DNA from: a virus
Lineage: Duplodnaviria > Heunggongvirae > Uroviricota > Caudoviricetes
IMG/VR virus record: IMGVR_UViG_3300014204_000107
Span: 171,468-235,467 of that record
Strand: one strand, 5' to 3'
DNA length: 64,000 bases
The notes under the pieces were generated by a model that ran no database searches, had not been told where the DNA came from, and was given only the letters and a program-made list of their open reading frames with translations. The position numbers and the translations under genes are program-made. Each line of letters opens with the position of its first letter. The stretch's first letter is position 1. Positions 9,876-22,600 of this stretch are shown in pieces.

Positions 9876-10637
9876 ATGAATACTTTACACAAATATGAAC
9901 AACTTTTAAAAGAATTTAATTGGACATACCAATATGATACCGATGAAGAATACGCATTTGGTAAAAAGAAGCATGATGAAATTAAAGAGACATTGGGCCA
10001 ACTTAATGAATCACAAGTGGCCAATGCTTATAAATTGTTCAATAAAAACGCACCTGCCGAATTTAATACAGACTATGCAAACTTTTTGGTTGAATGGAAT
10101 ATGCTGCATAAGAAACAACCACTGAATGAAAATATAAAATTAGGCAAGAAAAAAAGCATAATTTTTCCAAAAGAAACATTGACTGAAGGCAAAATTGCTG
10201 ACTATTTTAAAAGCAAGCTTAGCCAATTTGGTGACAAAATAAAAGAATTTACCCAAAAGAAAATACAGGCTGCTATGGCAACAAATCCAGCATTAGCACA
10301 AGAAATTAATGTATTAAAAGAAAAGTTTGGTGGAAAAAGTCAAGATGAAATAGCAGAAATGCTATATAATGCAATGAAAACTGAAACACCTGTTGTAGAA
10401 GCAGAAGGAGAAATTGGGGCTAATTCAATCAAAGACAAAATTGGTAAAGCTCTTAAATATTTAGGTATTGGTTCAGCAGCTATTGGTGTTATTGTAATGA
10501 TTATTGGTGGTGCAGTTGCTACATTATTTGGTAAATATGTAGCGGGTGGTGAACAATATGTACTTGGTGCTAGTTTATGTGGTGCCGCTATCATATCTTC
10601 TATTGTTGGTAGTAGTTTAACAGACAAAGAAGTTTAA
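9876..10637 (+). CDS. Hypothetical protein with two C-terminal TM helices
   Basis: AAGGAG RBS before ATG 9876 (preferred over 9807); hydrophobic LGIGSAAIGVIVMIIGGAVATLF and YVLGASLCGAAIISSIVG segments. Confidence 0.65.
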   Translation: MNTLHKYEQLLKEFNWTYQYDTDEEYAFGKKKHDEIKETLGQLNESQVANAYKLFNKNAPAEFNTDYANFLVEWNMLHKKQPLNENIKLGKKKSIIFPKETLTEGKIADYFKSKLSQFGDKIKEFTQKKIQAAMATNPALAQEINVLKEKFGGKSQDEIAEMLYNAMKTETPVVEAEGEIGANSIKDKIGKALKYLGIGSAAIGVIVMIIGGAVATLFGKYVAGGEQYVLGASLCGAAIISSIVGSSLTDKEV

Positions 10638-10641
10638 TAGG

Positions 10642-11595
10642 ATGATTATCGCCATGACAGGAAAGATAGTTCAAAATCGAAAAAGAATAGATTTGCAAGA
10701 CGGAGTACCGAAGAATGATAAACGGATTGTACCAGGTAAGAACGTCGAGCAGAGTCGAGGAAAAGTTGAAGAGAACGTAAAAAAACAAACCTTATTGGAA
10801 TCCAAAGTAGAAAGAGAAGAAAATATTGTAAAACAGCTAATTTTTGAAATTTTAGCTGAGGCAGCTACTTCAAACTGGTTTTATATTCGGGAACCTGCAG
10901 CAGGTAATCCACCTACTTATAAATTTAAACTTATTCATGGTCGCGGCGCATATGAAATGAAATATATTTTTAATAGAGGTGATTTCACGCCAGATACAAC
11001 AAATACAGATCCAAGAGCAGATGTTTACACAACCAATTCATTAGATGCTGCGGATGAGGTTGAAAAGAAGTTAAAATTAGCAACGTGGAAGCATAATAAA
11101 GGTAGTGGCGGGTTTAAACCATATAAAAAATATAGTAACCACTCTAAAGGTTGGGCATCAAATGCACCACAATATAAAGACAAAGATGGCAATGACGGAC
11201 AAGTGCAAGCAAAAGTTGAATATCCTGGTTCAGAAGGCGAAACTGTTGCTACATCAGGAACAGTAGTTACTAATGCAGGCAAAGTATACCATACTTCGGA
11301 CCCAACTAAAGAAATTAAACCGCAAAAAGCAAAATCAATTGATAAGGCAGTATTAAGTAGCATTTGGTCAACGAGCACATCCGGGTTAGGTGAATATTCA
11401 GTTGAAGCAAGCACATATGAAGGCAATATTAATAAATTTGGTGGTGAATGGCTTGACCCAAATGGCAATAATTTAGATGCAAATTATAGTAAACGAGCAG
11501 TAACTGATAAAGAAGGTGATTTGCTATATTATGTTTATACTCCAAAAGGCAGTAGTTTAGGGTTGGCAAAAAAATTAATTGTGTGGAACGACTAA
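10642..11595 (+). CDS. Hypothetical protein with internal leader-like motif
   Basis: 317 aa; internal IVKQLIFEILAE. Confidence 0.6.
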   Translation: MIIAMTGKIVQNRKRIDLQDGVPKNDKRIVPGKNVEQSRGKVEENVKKQTLLESKVEREENIVKQLIFEILAEAATSNWFYIREPAAGNPPTYKFKLIHGRGAYEMKYIFNRGDFTPDTTNTDPRADVYTTNSLDAADEVEKKLKLATWKHNKGSGGFKPYKKYSNHSKGWASNAPQYKDKDGNDGQVQAKVEYPGSEGETVATSGTVVTNAGKVYHTSDPTKEIKPQKAKSIDKAVLSSIWSTSTSGLGEYSVEASTYEGNINKFGGEWLDPNGNNLDANYSKRAVTDKEGDLLYYVYTPKGSSLGLAKKLIVWND

Positions 11596-11605
11596 AAATT
11601 AAATA

Positions 11606-12307
11606 ATGGTTACAGTTTCTTTAGATATTTCGAAAACGTCTACTGCTATGGTTCTTGCAGTAGGCAATAAAACTTATTTTTATAATTATACGATAAAAAA
11701 AGAAACAAACAAGTGGAATAAAATGCTTGATTTTGTGCATTTTAGACATTTTGAGTTTAATGATCCGGCAGATTATTCGGAAAGAGAATTTTATAATTTA
11801 AAAATATTCGTTGACATTGCAAATTCTATTATTGATGATATTGCAGAATACATAGAAAACGATGAACCAATTTGTGTATATACAGAAGGTTATTCTTATT
11901 CGAGTTTTGCCGGACATATAATAGATTTAGTTACGGTTAGTTCAATTATTCGCTCTAAAATATACGAATCATTTCCTAATTTAAGCAAATTTGTTGTAGT
12001 ATCACCCAAACATTTGAAAACAATGGCGTGTGAATTAGTATATGGCACACAAATAGTTCAAACCGGAAAGCGTATTATTAAGAATGTTAAAATAACAAAC
12101 CCAAATCCAGACGGCATCAAGGGTGGTGAATTTAAAAAACCAGAAATGCTTCGTGCATTTGCTGATAGTAATATATCTAATTCATTAAAAGATTTTATAG
12201 TATTACAGCGGGACGAATTATTAAAAGTAAAGTCCATTCCTAAACCAATCGATGACTTGGTAGATGCCAATTTCCTATCTGAGTTAGCAAAAACTGACTT
12301 AATTTAA
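11606..12307 (+). CDS. RuvC-like Holliday junction resolvase
   Basis: SLDISKTSTA, EGYSY, SPKHLK and DDLVDA acidic motifs of the RNase H-like RuvC fold. Confidence 0.7.
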   Translation: MVTVSLDISKTSTAMVLAVGNKTYFYNYTIKKETNKWNKMLDFVHFRHFEFNDPADYSEREFYNLKIFVDIANSIIDDIAEYIENDEPICVYTEGYSYSSFAGHIIDLVTVSSIIRSKIYESFPNLSKFVVVSPKHLKTMACELVYGTQIVQTGKRIIKNVKITNPNPDGIKGGEFKKPEMLRAFADSNISNSLKDFIVLQRDELLKVKSIPKPIDDLVDANFLSELAKTDLI

Positions 12308-12336
12308 ACAGTTTCATATGTATTTGAAATGCAGTT

Positions 12337-13287
12337 ATGATAAATAAAGAATTGCTATCTGTGCTTGATGCTATCCTGAGTCGAGGGACTGTCTTAAGTA
12401 ACGGGGAAGTTAAATATTTTTGTCCATTTTGTAAGCATTACAAGCAAAAGTTACAAGTAAATTTAGATCCCAACGATGAAAGTAGATTTCAGCGGTGGCA
12501 TTGCTGGGTGTGTGGACGAAAAGGCAAAACATTAGTAAGTTTGATTAAAAATGAAGCAATTTGTGCAACTAATGATCAAATTGAGCGCGTTCAAATTATT
12601 TCAAAACGTTATGCAACGCAGCAAATCGGAAAAGAAGTAGTTGTTAGAACAGAACATATATTACGGCTTCCGCAAGAATATATACCACTTTATAAAAAAG
12701 ATGATAATATTGAACGCAGAAATGCATTAAAATATTTGAAAAATAGAAATGTAACAAATATTGATATATTACGGTATGATATTGGTTATGCAGCGGAAGG
12801 TGAATATAAAAATATGGTAATAATACCAAGCTATGATACAAATGGCAATTTAAACTATTTTGTTGGTAGGGATTATTATGATAGGCGCACTTTAAAACAT
12901 AAAAATCCAGACGTTTCTAAAAATATTATTGGGTTTGAATTGTTGGTTGACTTTATGCAGCCAATAGTATTAGTAGAAGGAGCATTTGATGCCATGGCAA
13001 CAAAAAGAAATGCAATTCCATTATTCGGCAAAACAATATCTGAAAAATTATTTCTTAAAATTCTTGAAGAAAAGCCTCCAAAAATATATATATCATTAGA
13101 TATCGACGCAATTAAAAGTAGCATTTCATATGCTGAAAAATTTATGGGTATTGGGATAGATGTTTATATAGTTGAATTACAGAAAAAAGACCCGTCCAAG
13201 TTAGGGTATGAAAATATGATAATAGCACTTAATAACGCACAGTTGCTTAATAAATTTGATTTAATGAAACTTAAAATGAAAATATGA
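12337..13287 (+). CDS. dnaG: DNA primase
   Basis: CPFC...HCWVC zinc-binding domain; VEGAFDA and LDID TOPRIM motifs. Confidence 0.9.
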   Translation: MINKELLSVLDAILSRGTVLSNGEVKYFCPFCKHYKQKLQVNLDPNDESRFQRWHCWVCGRKGKTLVSLIKNEAICATNDQIERVQIISKRYATQQIGKEVVVRTEHILRLPQEYIPLYKKDDNIERRNALKYLKNRNVTNIDILRYDIGYAAEGEYKNMVIIPSYDTNGNLNYFVGRDYYDRRTLKHKNPDVSKNIIGFELLVDFMQPIVLVEGAFDAMATKRNAIPLFGKTISEKLFLKILEEKPPKIYISLDIDAIKSSISYAEKFMGIGIDVYIVELQKKDPSKLGYENMIIALNNAQLLNKFDLMKLKMKI

Positions 13288-16200
13288 TCATTCGAAAAGA
13301 ACTTAAACTGCCAATAAACAATATTGAAAAAATAATACAAATATCAGACATTCATATTAGGAAAATACAACGGCATAAAGAATATCAGCAAGTATTTAGT
13401 GCTACTTATAAAAAAATTAGAGAGATAGGCACAAAAAATGCTGTTATTTATGTAGCGGGGGATTTAGTCCATACAAAAATTGATGTTTCCAATGAGCAAT
13501 TTGATATAACGTCAAAGTTTTTAGAGAAATTAGCATCATTAGCGCCCGTAATCATTATCAAAGGTAACCACGATTGCTTGATTAGCAATAAAAGTAGACT
13601 TGATTCTATATCTCCAATTGTAAAAAACTTAAAGAATGCAAATATCTTTTATTTAAACCAATCAGGCATCTATTCATTTAATGACATAGATTTTTTTGTT
13701 TGGCAGTTTGATGAAAAGAGGGAGCATTGGCCCAAACCAAAAGAAAGTACTGCACAAAAAAAGATACTTTTTTATCACGGAGTAGTAAATACGGCAAAAG
13801 TTGATAGTGGGTATGGTATGAGAACAGGCTTGATTACTGAAGAATTTGATGGATTTAATTATGTAATGCTTGGAGATATTCATCGATGGCAAACATTGCA
13901 AGAACATAGTGTCATGATTGATAGTGAAACTATGCAGAGAGATTTGATAAAACCATTAGTCATTTTTGGTGGTTCTCTTATACAGCAAAATTATGGAGAG
14001 GCAATAGATGGACATGGTATTCTTGAATGGAATATTAATGATTATACTTATAAATTACATGAGATTGATAATGACTATGTATTTTATAATATGAAGATTG
14101 TAGATGGCCTGGTACCAAATATTGATGATTTAAGTCTTGCTAAATATGCAAATATTAAACTTAATTTAATAAATACACCATATACTGCAATTAAAGATTT
14201 TATGAGAGACTTGAAACTCAACTTTAATGTAGTAGATTTACTAACAGATTCAAATTTTAGTGCAAAAGGAAACAGAAACAGGGAAGAATTAGTACCTGTT
14301 ATTGGCGATTTAATTGATATTAATTATCAAAATCAATTAATTGATGATTTTGTTGGTAAATATTATGGCAGTTGCATAACACAAGAAATTAAAGATTTAA
14401 TTAAAACCATTAATGAACGCATATTTAGCCAAATAGAAATAAAAGATATTAAGAAAAAAGTTACTTGGGTGCTTAAAAAGCTTGAATTTTCTAATTTATT
14501 TGCATATGGGGAAGGAAATGTTATTGATTTTTCTCAAATCGACGGTGTTGCTGGCATATTTGGCGAAAACAGCGTCGGGAAGTCGTCGGTCGTGGATATT
14601 CTTGAATATGCCCTATTTGATAAATGCAGTAGGGCTGCAAAAATTATTGATATTATTAATACGAGAAAGAGAAACTTTCATTGTAAAATACAGTTTGAAG
14701 TAAATAATGTAGATTATTTTATTGAACGTCTTGGACAACGGCAAAAGACAAAAGATGGTAAAGAAAAAATATCTGTAACTGTTAATTTTTGGAGTGAAAC
14801 TAAAGATGGCATTATAGTTGATTTAAGTGGTGAACAACGTAGGGCATCAAATGCAATAATTCGTGATTTTATAGGTAATATTGAAAATTTAGAACTTACA
14901 TCTATTTCAACCCAACGGGGAAGCAGTAATTTTATTGATAAAGTTCAGTTTCAACGCAAGGATCTTCTGTCAAATTTTATGAATATTGATGTAATATATG
15001 AATCTTTGTGGAAATTAGCAAATAATGAAAGCAAAGAAAATTCAGCCATATTAAAAAATATGAATGAAATTGAATTGTTGCAAAAATTAAAACTTGAAAG
15101 TAAAAATATTCGCGTATTTACAGAAAAATATAGTGAAATTAATGAACAATACGAAGATTTAAAGGCACAAATACAATTAAATAACGACCATATTTTAGAA
15201 TTAACAAAGAAAATTATACTTGTTGATACTGATATAGCTGATATTAAAGAACTCGAAGAAGAAAAATTAAAATTGGAAGCAAAAATAATAAAGTTTAACA
15301 AAGAGCAATTACAAATTGAAGAACAAAAAACTGAAATATTGCAGGAAGCTAAGCATTTTAAAGATATTGTTAATAATATTGATGTAGAAGACTTGAACGC
15401 TAAATACGAAGAACTTGGAGAACTAAAAGATAACCTCGCAGACAAGGAAAAGGAACTTTCTGACTTACAAATACATTATGATCACAAAAAGAAAACACTT
15501 GATAAACTTGCTAATTTAGAATATGATCCAAATTGTTCTTACTGTATGAACAATATTTTTGTTAAAGACGCAATAATAGTTAAAGAAGAATTTGCAAACG
15601 ATGGTGAAGAAATGATGCAAACCATTGGACGTGTTTATGAATTAAAAATGCAAATAGAAATATTAGCAAATTATGATATTCTTTATATTGATTATAATAA
15701 TGCAGTTAATGAACTTAATAAACTAAATCAACAATATAAATCAATAAAACAAAACGAAGAATTATTGTCTGCAAAAATAGAGTTAGCACGGTCTGAATTA
15801 AAAACAAATATATCCAATATAAATTTCTTTGAACTCAATAAAAAAGCAATAGAGAGTAATAAATTAACACAGAAAGAAATAACAATATATAATGATAAAA
15901 TAAAACAGCTTGATATAAAGCTGAGCAAAAAGACTACAGAATTACGAGAAATACATTCAAATAAAAAAGTAGCAGAAAAGAATAAAGAAATTATCGAATC
16001 GGATATTAAAAAAATACAGGAGCTCAAAGAGAAACAAATTGCATATGATTGTTATTTGCGTATGGTATCTAGAGATGGTATTCCATATGAATTGATCACA
16101 AAAATATTGCCAGTTTTAGAACATGAAGCTAATAATGTACTTGAGCAAATAGTTGATTTTAAATTGATTATATCATCTGATGAGGGGGATGTAGATATTT

Positions 16201-16520
16201 ATATTAACTATCACGATGGGCGTGGAGTTTGGCCGATTGAATTGTGCGGCGGGCTTGAACGATTTGTATCTTCAATTGCATTAAGAGTTGCATTAATTAA
16301 TATATCTAATGTTCCACGTTCAAACTTTTTAATAATTGATGAAGGATTTGGAGTGGCAGATAATAATAATTTAAATAAAGTATCAGTCTTATTGCAATAT
16401 TTAAAAGATTTATTTGATTTTATTATGATAATCTCACATATTGATTTAGTCAGAGATTTTGCTGATGTAGCATTGGAGGTACACACGGATGATACAGATT
16501 CAATTATTAATTATGAATAA
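13284..16520 (+). CDS. Fused Mre11/SbcD nuclease-Rad50/SbcC ATPase (gp47-gp46-like)
   Basis: SDIH, AGD, GNHD, LGDIH phosphoesterase motifs; Walker A GENSVGKS; coiled coil with CSYC hook; LCGGLE signature; IDEGFG; ISH. Confidence 0.9.
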   Translation: MIIRKELKLPINNIEKIIQISDIHIRKIQRHKEYQQVFSATYKKIREIGTKNAVIYVAGDLVHTKIDVSNEQFDITSKFLEKLASLAPVIIIKGNHDCLISNKSRLDSISPIVKNLKNANIFYLNQSGIYSFNDIDFFVWQFDEKREHWPKPKESTAQKKILFYHGVVNTAKVDSGYGMRTGLITEEFDGFNYVMLGDIHRWQTLQEHSVMIDSETMQRDLIKPLVIFGGSLIQQNYGEAIDGHGILEWNINDYTYKLHEIDNDYVFYNMKIVDGLVPNIDDLSLAKYANIKLNLINTPYTAIKDFMRDLKLNFNVVDLLTDSNFSAKGNRNREELVPVIGDLIDINYQNQLIDDFVGKYYGSCITQEIKDLIKTINERIFSQIEIKDIKKKVTWVLKKLEFSNLFAYGEGNVIDFSQIDGVAGIFGENSVGKSSVVDILEYALFDKCSRAAKIIDIINTRKRNFHCKIQFEVNNVDYFIERLGQRQKTKDGKEKISVTVNFWSETKDGIIVDLSGEQRRASNAIIRDFIGNIENLELTSISTQRGSSNFIDKVQFQRKDLLSNFMNIDVIYESLWKLANNESKENSAILKNMNEIELLQKLKLESKNIRVFTEKYSEINEQYEDLKAQIQLNNDHILELTKKIILVDTDIADIKELEEEKLKLEAKIIKFNKEQLQIEEQKTEILQEAKHFKDIVNNIDVEDLNAKYEELGELKDNLADKEKELSDLQIHYDHKKKTLDKLANLEYDPNCSYCMNNIFVKDAIIVKEEFANDGEEMMQTIGRVYELKMQIEILANYDILYIDYNNAVNELNKLNQQYKSIKQNEELLSAKIELARSELKTNISNINFFELNKKAIESNKLTQKEITIYNDKIKQLDIKLSKKTTELREIHSNKKVAEKNKEIIESDIKKIQELKEKQIAYDCYLRMVSRDGIPYELITKILPVLEHEANNVLEQIVDFKLIISSDEGDVDIYINYHDGRGVWPIELCGGLERFVSSIALRVALINISNVPRSNFLIIDEGFGVADNNNLNKVSVLLQYLKDLFDFIMIISHIDLVRDFADVALEVHTDDTDSIINYE

Positions 16521-16543
16521 GGTTATTTAAATTCAACATCCAT

Positions 16544-16573
16544 AAAGAACGTCTTTTGGCGTTCTTTTTTTTT
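16544..16573 (+). terminator. Intrinsic terminator
   Basis: AAAGAACGTC-TTTT-GGCGTTCTTT stem-loop followed by a T run. Confidence 0.8.
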
Positions 16574-16627
16574 GAGTTGTCCTATATTTATTGTTGCGTA
16601 ATAAACTTAAAACGTTACAATAAACGA

Positions 16628-19600
16628 ATGACCCAAGAAATTAGAAAAAAATCAGTAGATCGTTATTTACGGGAAATACCAGTATTACTTAATGATACAG
16701 ATGCATTATCTCAGAATTATTTAATATTTTCTGATATACCTACATTATTAACTGCTGGAAAAAATCTAATACGATTTTCAAATAACGATTATTCATTATA
16801 TGTGGATACTATCAATGCTGAAGTAATTGATGCAGCAGGCAATCCAGTATATTGTGAATTAAAATATAGTATAGATTCGGCAGAAAACAATGGGTTGATA
16901 ATTTATATTTATTCAGATGCTGCATCTGGTGTTGCTGAGTTAACTATCGTATTTTCAGCAAAATATGATTTTATTAGTAACCCGGGCTATAAAATAGATA
17001 TTCCGCAAGTTTGGAAACAAAAAATAAATACAAAGTGGCAATTTCAAATAGTAATAGATGCAGATAAACCAAATAATTCTGATATATTATTTGAAACAGA
17101 ACCAAATATTGATGCCGTAGAGCTATATGTACCGTATAGAAGAAATAGATATGAATTCATATCCGGCTCTTATCCTGGTGCCGCATCCCCAAATGATAAT
17201 AAATATATTTATTACAAAACATCGCCAAGTACTGATTATATATCTAGCAATTATTACGACTATACATCAAAGAATTCAGAATTTTTTACGCCGAATTTCA
17301 TACAATATGATGTTAATAGTTTAGTAACGCGTAATGCAGCTAAAATTAATATTGATGTTCCAACAGTTAAAGATTCTAATAATATATCATCCCCCAATAT
17401 AGTTGGGTATAATGATAAATATACGAATGTTTTATCATTAGCAGGATATCACATACCAGATAAAATACCGGTTGCGCCTGATCCAACTGAATTTTGTTTT
17501 CAATCATATCACAAAGGTGGAATTTTAAAAATTTACCCAACGGGTGCAATTCCACAAATACCAACGGGATATAGTTTTGTAACTAACGATGATTATATTT
17601 ATACTGCTGCTATAACCGACGTAATTAATAAAAGTACTATAACTGTAAATGGACTTTACCAGCGAAAAGTAAGAACTCAAAAAGGTAATGAAATAATATG
17701 GACATTTACATCTATTGAAAATAGCAATTTTGAAGTAACATCAAGCAGATTAGATTATTATAATACTTCGAGTTTAGTGCCTAATATATCAGATGAATAT
17801 TTATATGTTGCTATTTCCGATTTAAAGCCAATATCAGGTGAGATTACAAAAGTTAAACTGTATGATAATGCAAAATCTGGATATGCTGATTATTCTCTTA
17901 TTGGTGAATATGATGTATTATCGCGTGAATTATTAGTAGATTATAAAAGATTTTACGCAGACTTTCCAGTTGGCAAATTTATTACAAGTTCAGTAGTCAC
18001 TGAATATTGGTCCGCATCAAAATATGATACGACTATGACTCCTACTGCAGAGCGCGGAGACAGATATAAAATGGATGCTATTTTTATCCACGGACCAGCT
18101 TTTTTGCCATCATATGGAATAGAAGACGTATCATATTATCAGCAATTATCAACGGGTAAATGGATATTACAACCAATAGTTAGTGGTTCAACCGCAGACC
18201 CATTTAATATTTATTTTTCTGAAAATACTTATTATGCACTTACATTTGGAGCATCTGCGGTAGCAATAGCTTCAGCACCCAAACCAAAACTTGACATTTA
18301 TTTTAGTGGTTCTGCATTTACTCCAACAAGCAATGGTCAATATCCATATGACGGCAAATTAATAGGAAGCATAAATAGTAGCACTACTACGCTAGATTAT
18401 AATTCAATAACATATTACTTTATGCCAGATCGTTCTGGTTTTGGTAATTTGAAATTTATAATTGGCGGAGGGATGTTCTTTTTAAATAACATTAGTGTAA
18501 AATCGGTGCATGAATTAGGATTTACGCCAATTAGTACATATTTTACAATGCTTGTTCGCAATCCGGTAACAAGTAGTTATCATAATTTTAAATTTGAATT
18601 TTTAAATAGTTCTGGCAAAACTGCGGAACAAGTTGTAGAACTTAAAAATGTGATATTAATGTCACACTCATTAGTATTTCAAGGCAGTGTTGCTTCAGAC
18701 TCTGCGTCCTATGCCTTAACATCATCATACGCTCTTTCAGCAAGTTGGGCTCCTATTAGTGGTATTGCTGAATCTGCTTCTTATGCTACAACTGCATCAT
18801 ATGTATTGAGTAGTTCATATGGATTATCAAGTAGTTATTCACTATCAGCTAGCTATGCTAGCTCATCAACATCTGCATCTTATAGCTTGACATCAAGTTA
18901 TGGATTATCATCGAGCTACGCACAAACTTCTTCTTATTCATTAACATCTTCTTATAGTTTAAGTAGTTCATATGGAATTAGTTCAACATCAGCATCCTAT
19001 TCAATATCAAGCTCTTATAGCTTGAGTAGCAGTTATGCTAGAAGCTCTTCATATTCACTATCGAGTTCATATGCACAAAGTGCTTCAAATGTATCTCCAA
19101 TTATAAATTTTCTTACTTTGACTGCATCTTGGGCAGTTTGGGCAGTAAATAGCTTGACAGCCAGTTGTGTATCAGCAAGCGTAGTTGTTTTATCGTCATC
19201 ATATGCTTCAAGTAGTACGTCCGCGTCATACGCTCTTACTGCAAGCTATAGTTTGAGCAGTTCATATGGGTTGAGCAGTAGTTACGCATTTACCAGTTCG
19301 TATTCATTAAGTAGTAGCTATGCAAATTCTGCAAGTTATAGTTTAAGTTCTTCATATAATTTAAGTAGCAGCTATTCCTTGTCAGCAAGCTGGATAGCAG
19401 TGCAAGCATCAGCATCATATAGTACCACCGCATCCTATGCTTTAAGCAGCAGCTATAATTTATCAAGTTCATATGCACTAAGCAGTAGCTATGGAATTAG
19501 TTCAAGTTATGGGTTGAGTAGCAGTTATACATTGACTGCATCTTATGCTTCAAGCAGTACATCTGCAAGCTATGCAATAACATCATCATATAGTTTGAGT

Positions 19601-22600
19601 AGTAGTTATTCTGATAGTTCATCATATACATTATCTTCAAGTTATGGATTAAGTAGTTCTTATACGCTGAGCAGCTCATATGCGAGCTCATCAACGTTTG
19701 CAGATACATCAAGCATTAGTATTAGTTCAAGTTATTCGTTGAGCAGCTCGTACGCAAATCTGTCTTTGACAGCGTCATATTCTGTTACATCAAGTTATGC
19801 AGTAAGTGCAAGCTATGGTTTAAGTAGTAGCTATTCTTTGAGTTCTTCTTATAATTTATCAAGCTCTTATGCAAAATCAGCCAGTTATTCTTTAAGTAGT
19901 TCTTATAACTTATCAAGTAGCTATGCATTGACAGCGAGTTGGGCACCAGATAGTGGTGTTGCGATATCTGCATCGTATGCTAGTTCAAGCACTTCTGCAA
20001 GTTATGCAATAAGTAGCTCGTATGGATTATCAGCATCTTATGCTATTACATCATCTTATAGTTTAAGCAGTAGTTATGGAGTATCATCGAGTTATGCGCA
20101 AACTTCTTCTTATTCATTAAGTAGTAGCTATGCATTGAGTAGTTCATATAGTTTATCAAGTAGCTATGGGCTTAGCTCGAGCTATTCATTAACATCATCA
20201 TATACTTTAAACAGTACATCAGCAAGCTATGCATTAACTTCGTCATATGGATTAAGTTCTTCATATACAATATCTTCAAGTTATGCATTAAGTGCATCTT
20301 ATGGACAGAGTGCAGGTTATGCTATATCTTCTTCTTATGCGAGCTCAAGCACTTCAGCATCTTATGGAATATCAAGTTCATATAATTTAAGCAGTAGCTA
20401 TACATTAAGTTCATCTTATGGTATAAGCAGCTCATATGGTTTATCAGCAAGTTATAGCTTGACAAGTTCTTATGCATTAGCAACATTATCATCATCATAT
20501 GCAGAATCTGCAAGCTATTCATTAACTGCAAGTTATGCGAGTAACAGTATAAGTGCATCATATGCTTTAAGCAGTAGTTATAGTTTAACTGCAAGTTATG
20601 CAGGAACATCATTATCTGCTTCTTATGCATTAACATCATTATCTGCTTCTTATGCATTAACATCATCATATTCATTAAGTAGTTCATATGGGCTGAGCTC
20701 AAGCTATAGCTTAAGTAGCAGTTATGGTTTGAGTTCTTCATATGGGTTGTCGAGCTCCTATGCAGATTCTGCAAGTTATAGTTTGACATCAAGCTATTCT
20801 TTAAGTTCTTCATATGGCATTAGTGCAAGCTATGCACAATCAAGTTCATATAATTTAAGCAGTAGTTATACATTAAGCAGTAGTTATACATTAAGCAGTT
20901 CTTGTGCAGAGTCAGCAAGCTATACATTAACATCATCATATGGAATGTCGGCCAGCTATGGATTATCAGCTAGCTATAGTTTAAGCAGTTCATATACTTT
21001 ATCAAGTAGTTATGGTATTTCATCTTCATATGGTTTAAGTAGCAGTTATGCTTTGTCAGCAAGTTGGGTTTCTATACAAGATTCAGCATCTTACGCCACA
21101 ACTGCATCATATAGTTTATCAAGTTCTTATACACTAACTGCAAGTTATGCTGATTCAGCAAGTTATAGTTTGAGCAGCAGTTATGCATTAAGTTCAAGTT
21201 ATAGTCTTAGCAGCTCTTATGGATTATCAAGCAGTTATGCACTATCGTCATCTTATGGCTTAAGTTCTTCTTATGCATTAAGCAGTTCTTATGCATTAGA
21301 CAGTACATCTGCCAGTTATGCATTATCGTCAAGTTGGGCATATCAAAGCTCACAAAGCATGGATACGTTCAATGATGTAACAACTCGAGGCAATACTACT
21401 TCAAATAATATTACAGTCAATCAAATAACAGCAAGTAATGCATATATATCAGGCAGAATAACTGCATATGAATTATTTGTTCAATACGAAACTGCATCAA
21501 CAATATATTCAACAGGAAGCAATACATTTGGTAGCTTATTAACTAATACACATACATTTACGGGTAGTGTTTATATTACAGGAAGTTTATATGTTGCAGG
21601 TAGTGATATTACAATTGATGCAGACAGATTATTAATTGGTACTGCAAGTTGGGCACAAAATACTATATCATCAAGCTATGCATTAAGTTCTTCTTATACT
21701 TTAACGTCGAGCTATACTATTAGTAGTTCATATGGATCAAGTAGCAGTTATGCTTTATCATCATCTTATAATTTAAGCAGCTCATATACATTATCAGCAA
21801 GCTATGGCTTAAGTAGTAGCTATAGTATAAGTGCAAGCTATGCAGTAACATCATCATATGGATTAAGTAGTTCTTATGCAAATTCAGCAAGTTATAGCTT
21901 AACATCTTCATATTCAAATTCAAGTATATCTGCAAGTTATGCGTTAACAGCAAGTTGGATTGATATACAGTCATCTGCTTCGTATGCTACTACATCATCA
22001 TATTCATTAAGCAGCTCTTATAGTTTATCAAGTAGCTATGGACTTAGCTCGAGCTATTCATTAAGTAGTTCTTATGCAGAATCTGCAAGCTATTCATTAA
22101 GTAGTTCTTATTCAAATTCAAGCAGTTATGGATTAAGCAGTAGTTATGCACTATCGTCATCCTATAATTTAAGCTCAAGCTATTCTATAACTGCAAGCTG
22201 GGCAAGAAATATTTACAATACGGACGATGTATTTATTGCAAATAGAACTGCTACCATGAATGATAAATGGTTAAAATTTAATGGTAGTAGTACATATTTA
22301 ATTGTTACAAATAGCGGATATGTAGGTATTGGTGTAAACAATCCAAATAATTTATTACAAGTTAAAGATTTAATCAATTTTGATTCTGACAATTGGAACA
22401 CATATATAGGGCATTATGCAAGTGGATCAGGACTTAATAATTCTGTATTGGGTTATAGTGCCGGAAGATATTCAACTGGTGACAGTCATGTGTTTATTGG
22501 GTTTAATGCTGGTATGTATGCCAATGAAGTTTATAATACTTTGATTGGATATCAAGCTGGATATAAAAATTCAGGTTCATATAATATTGCAATAGGAGAT

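Noticed and set aside
12308-12336. Bacteroidota TAnnTTTG promoter before primase
   Set aside because: Only TGTATTTG is present, an imperfect match
16556-16627. Track start of the giant ORF (MAFFFF...)
   Set aside because: It lies within the terminator stem and T run; ATG 16628 is more plausible
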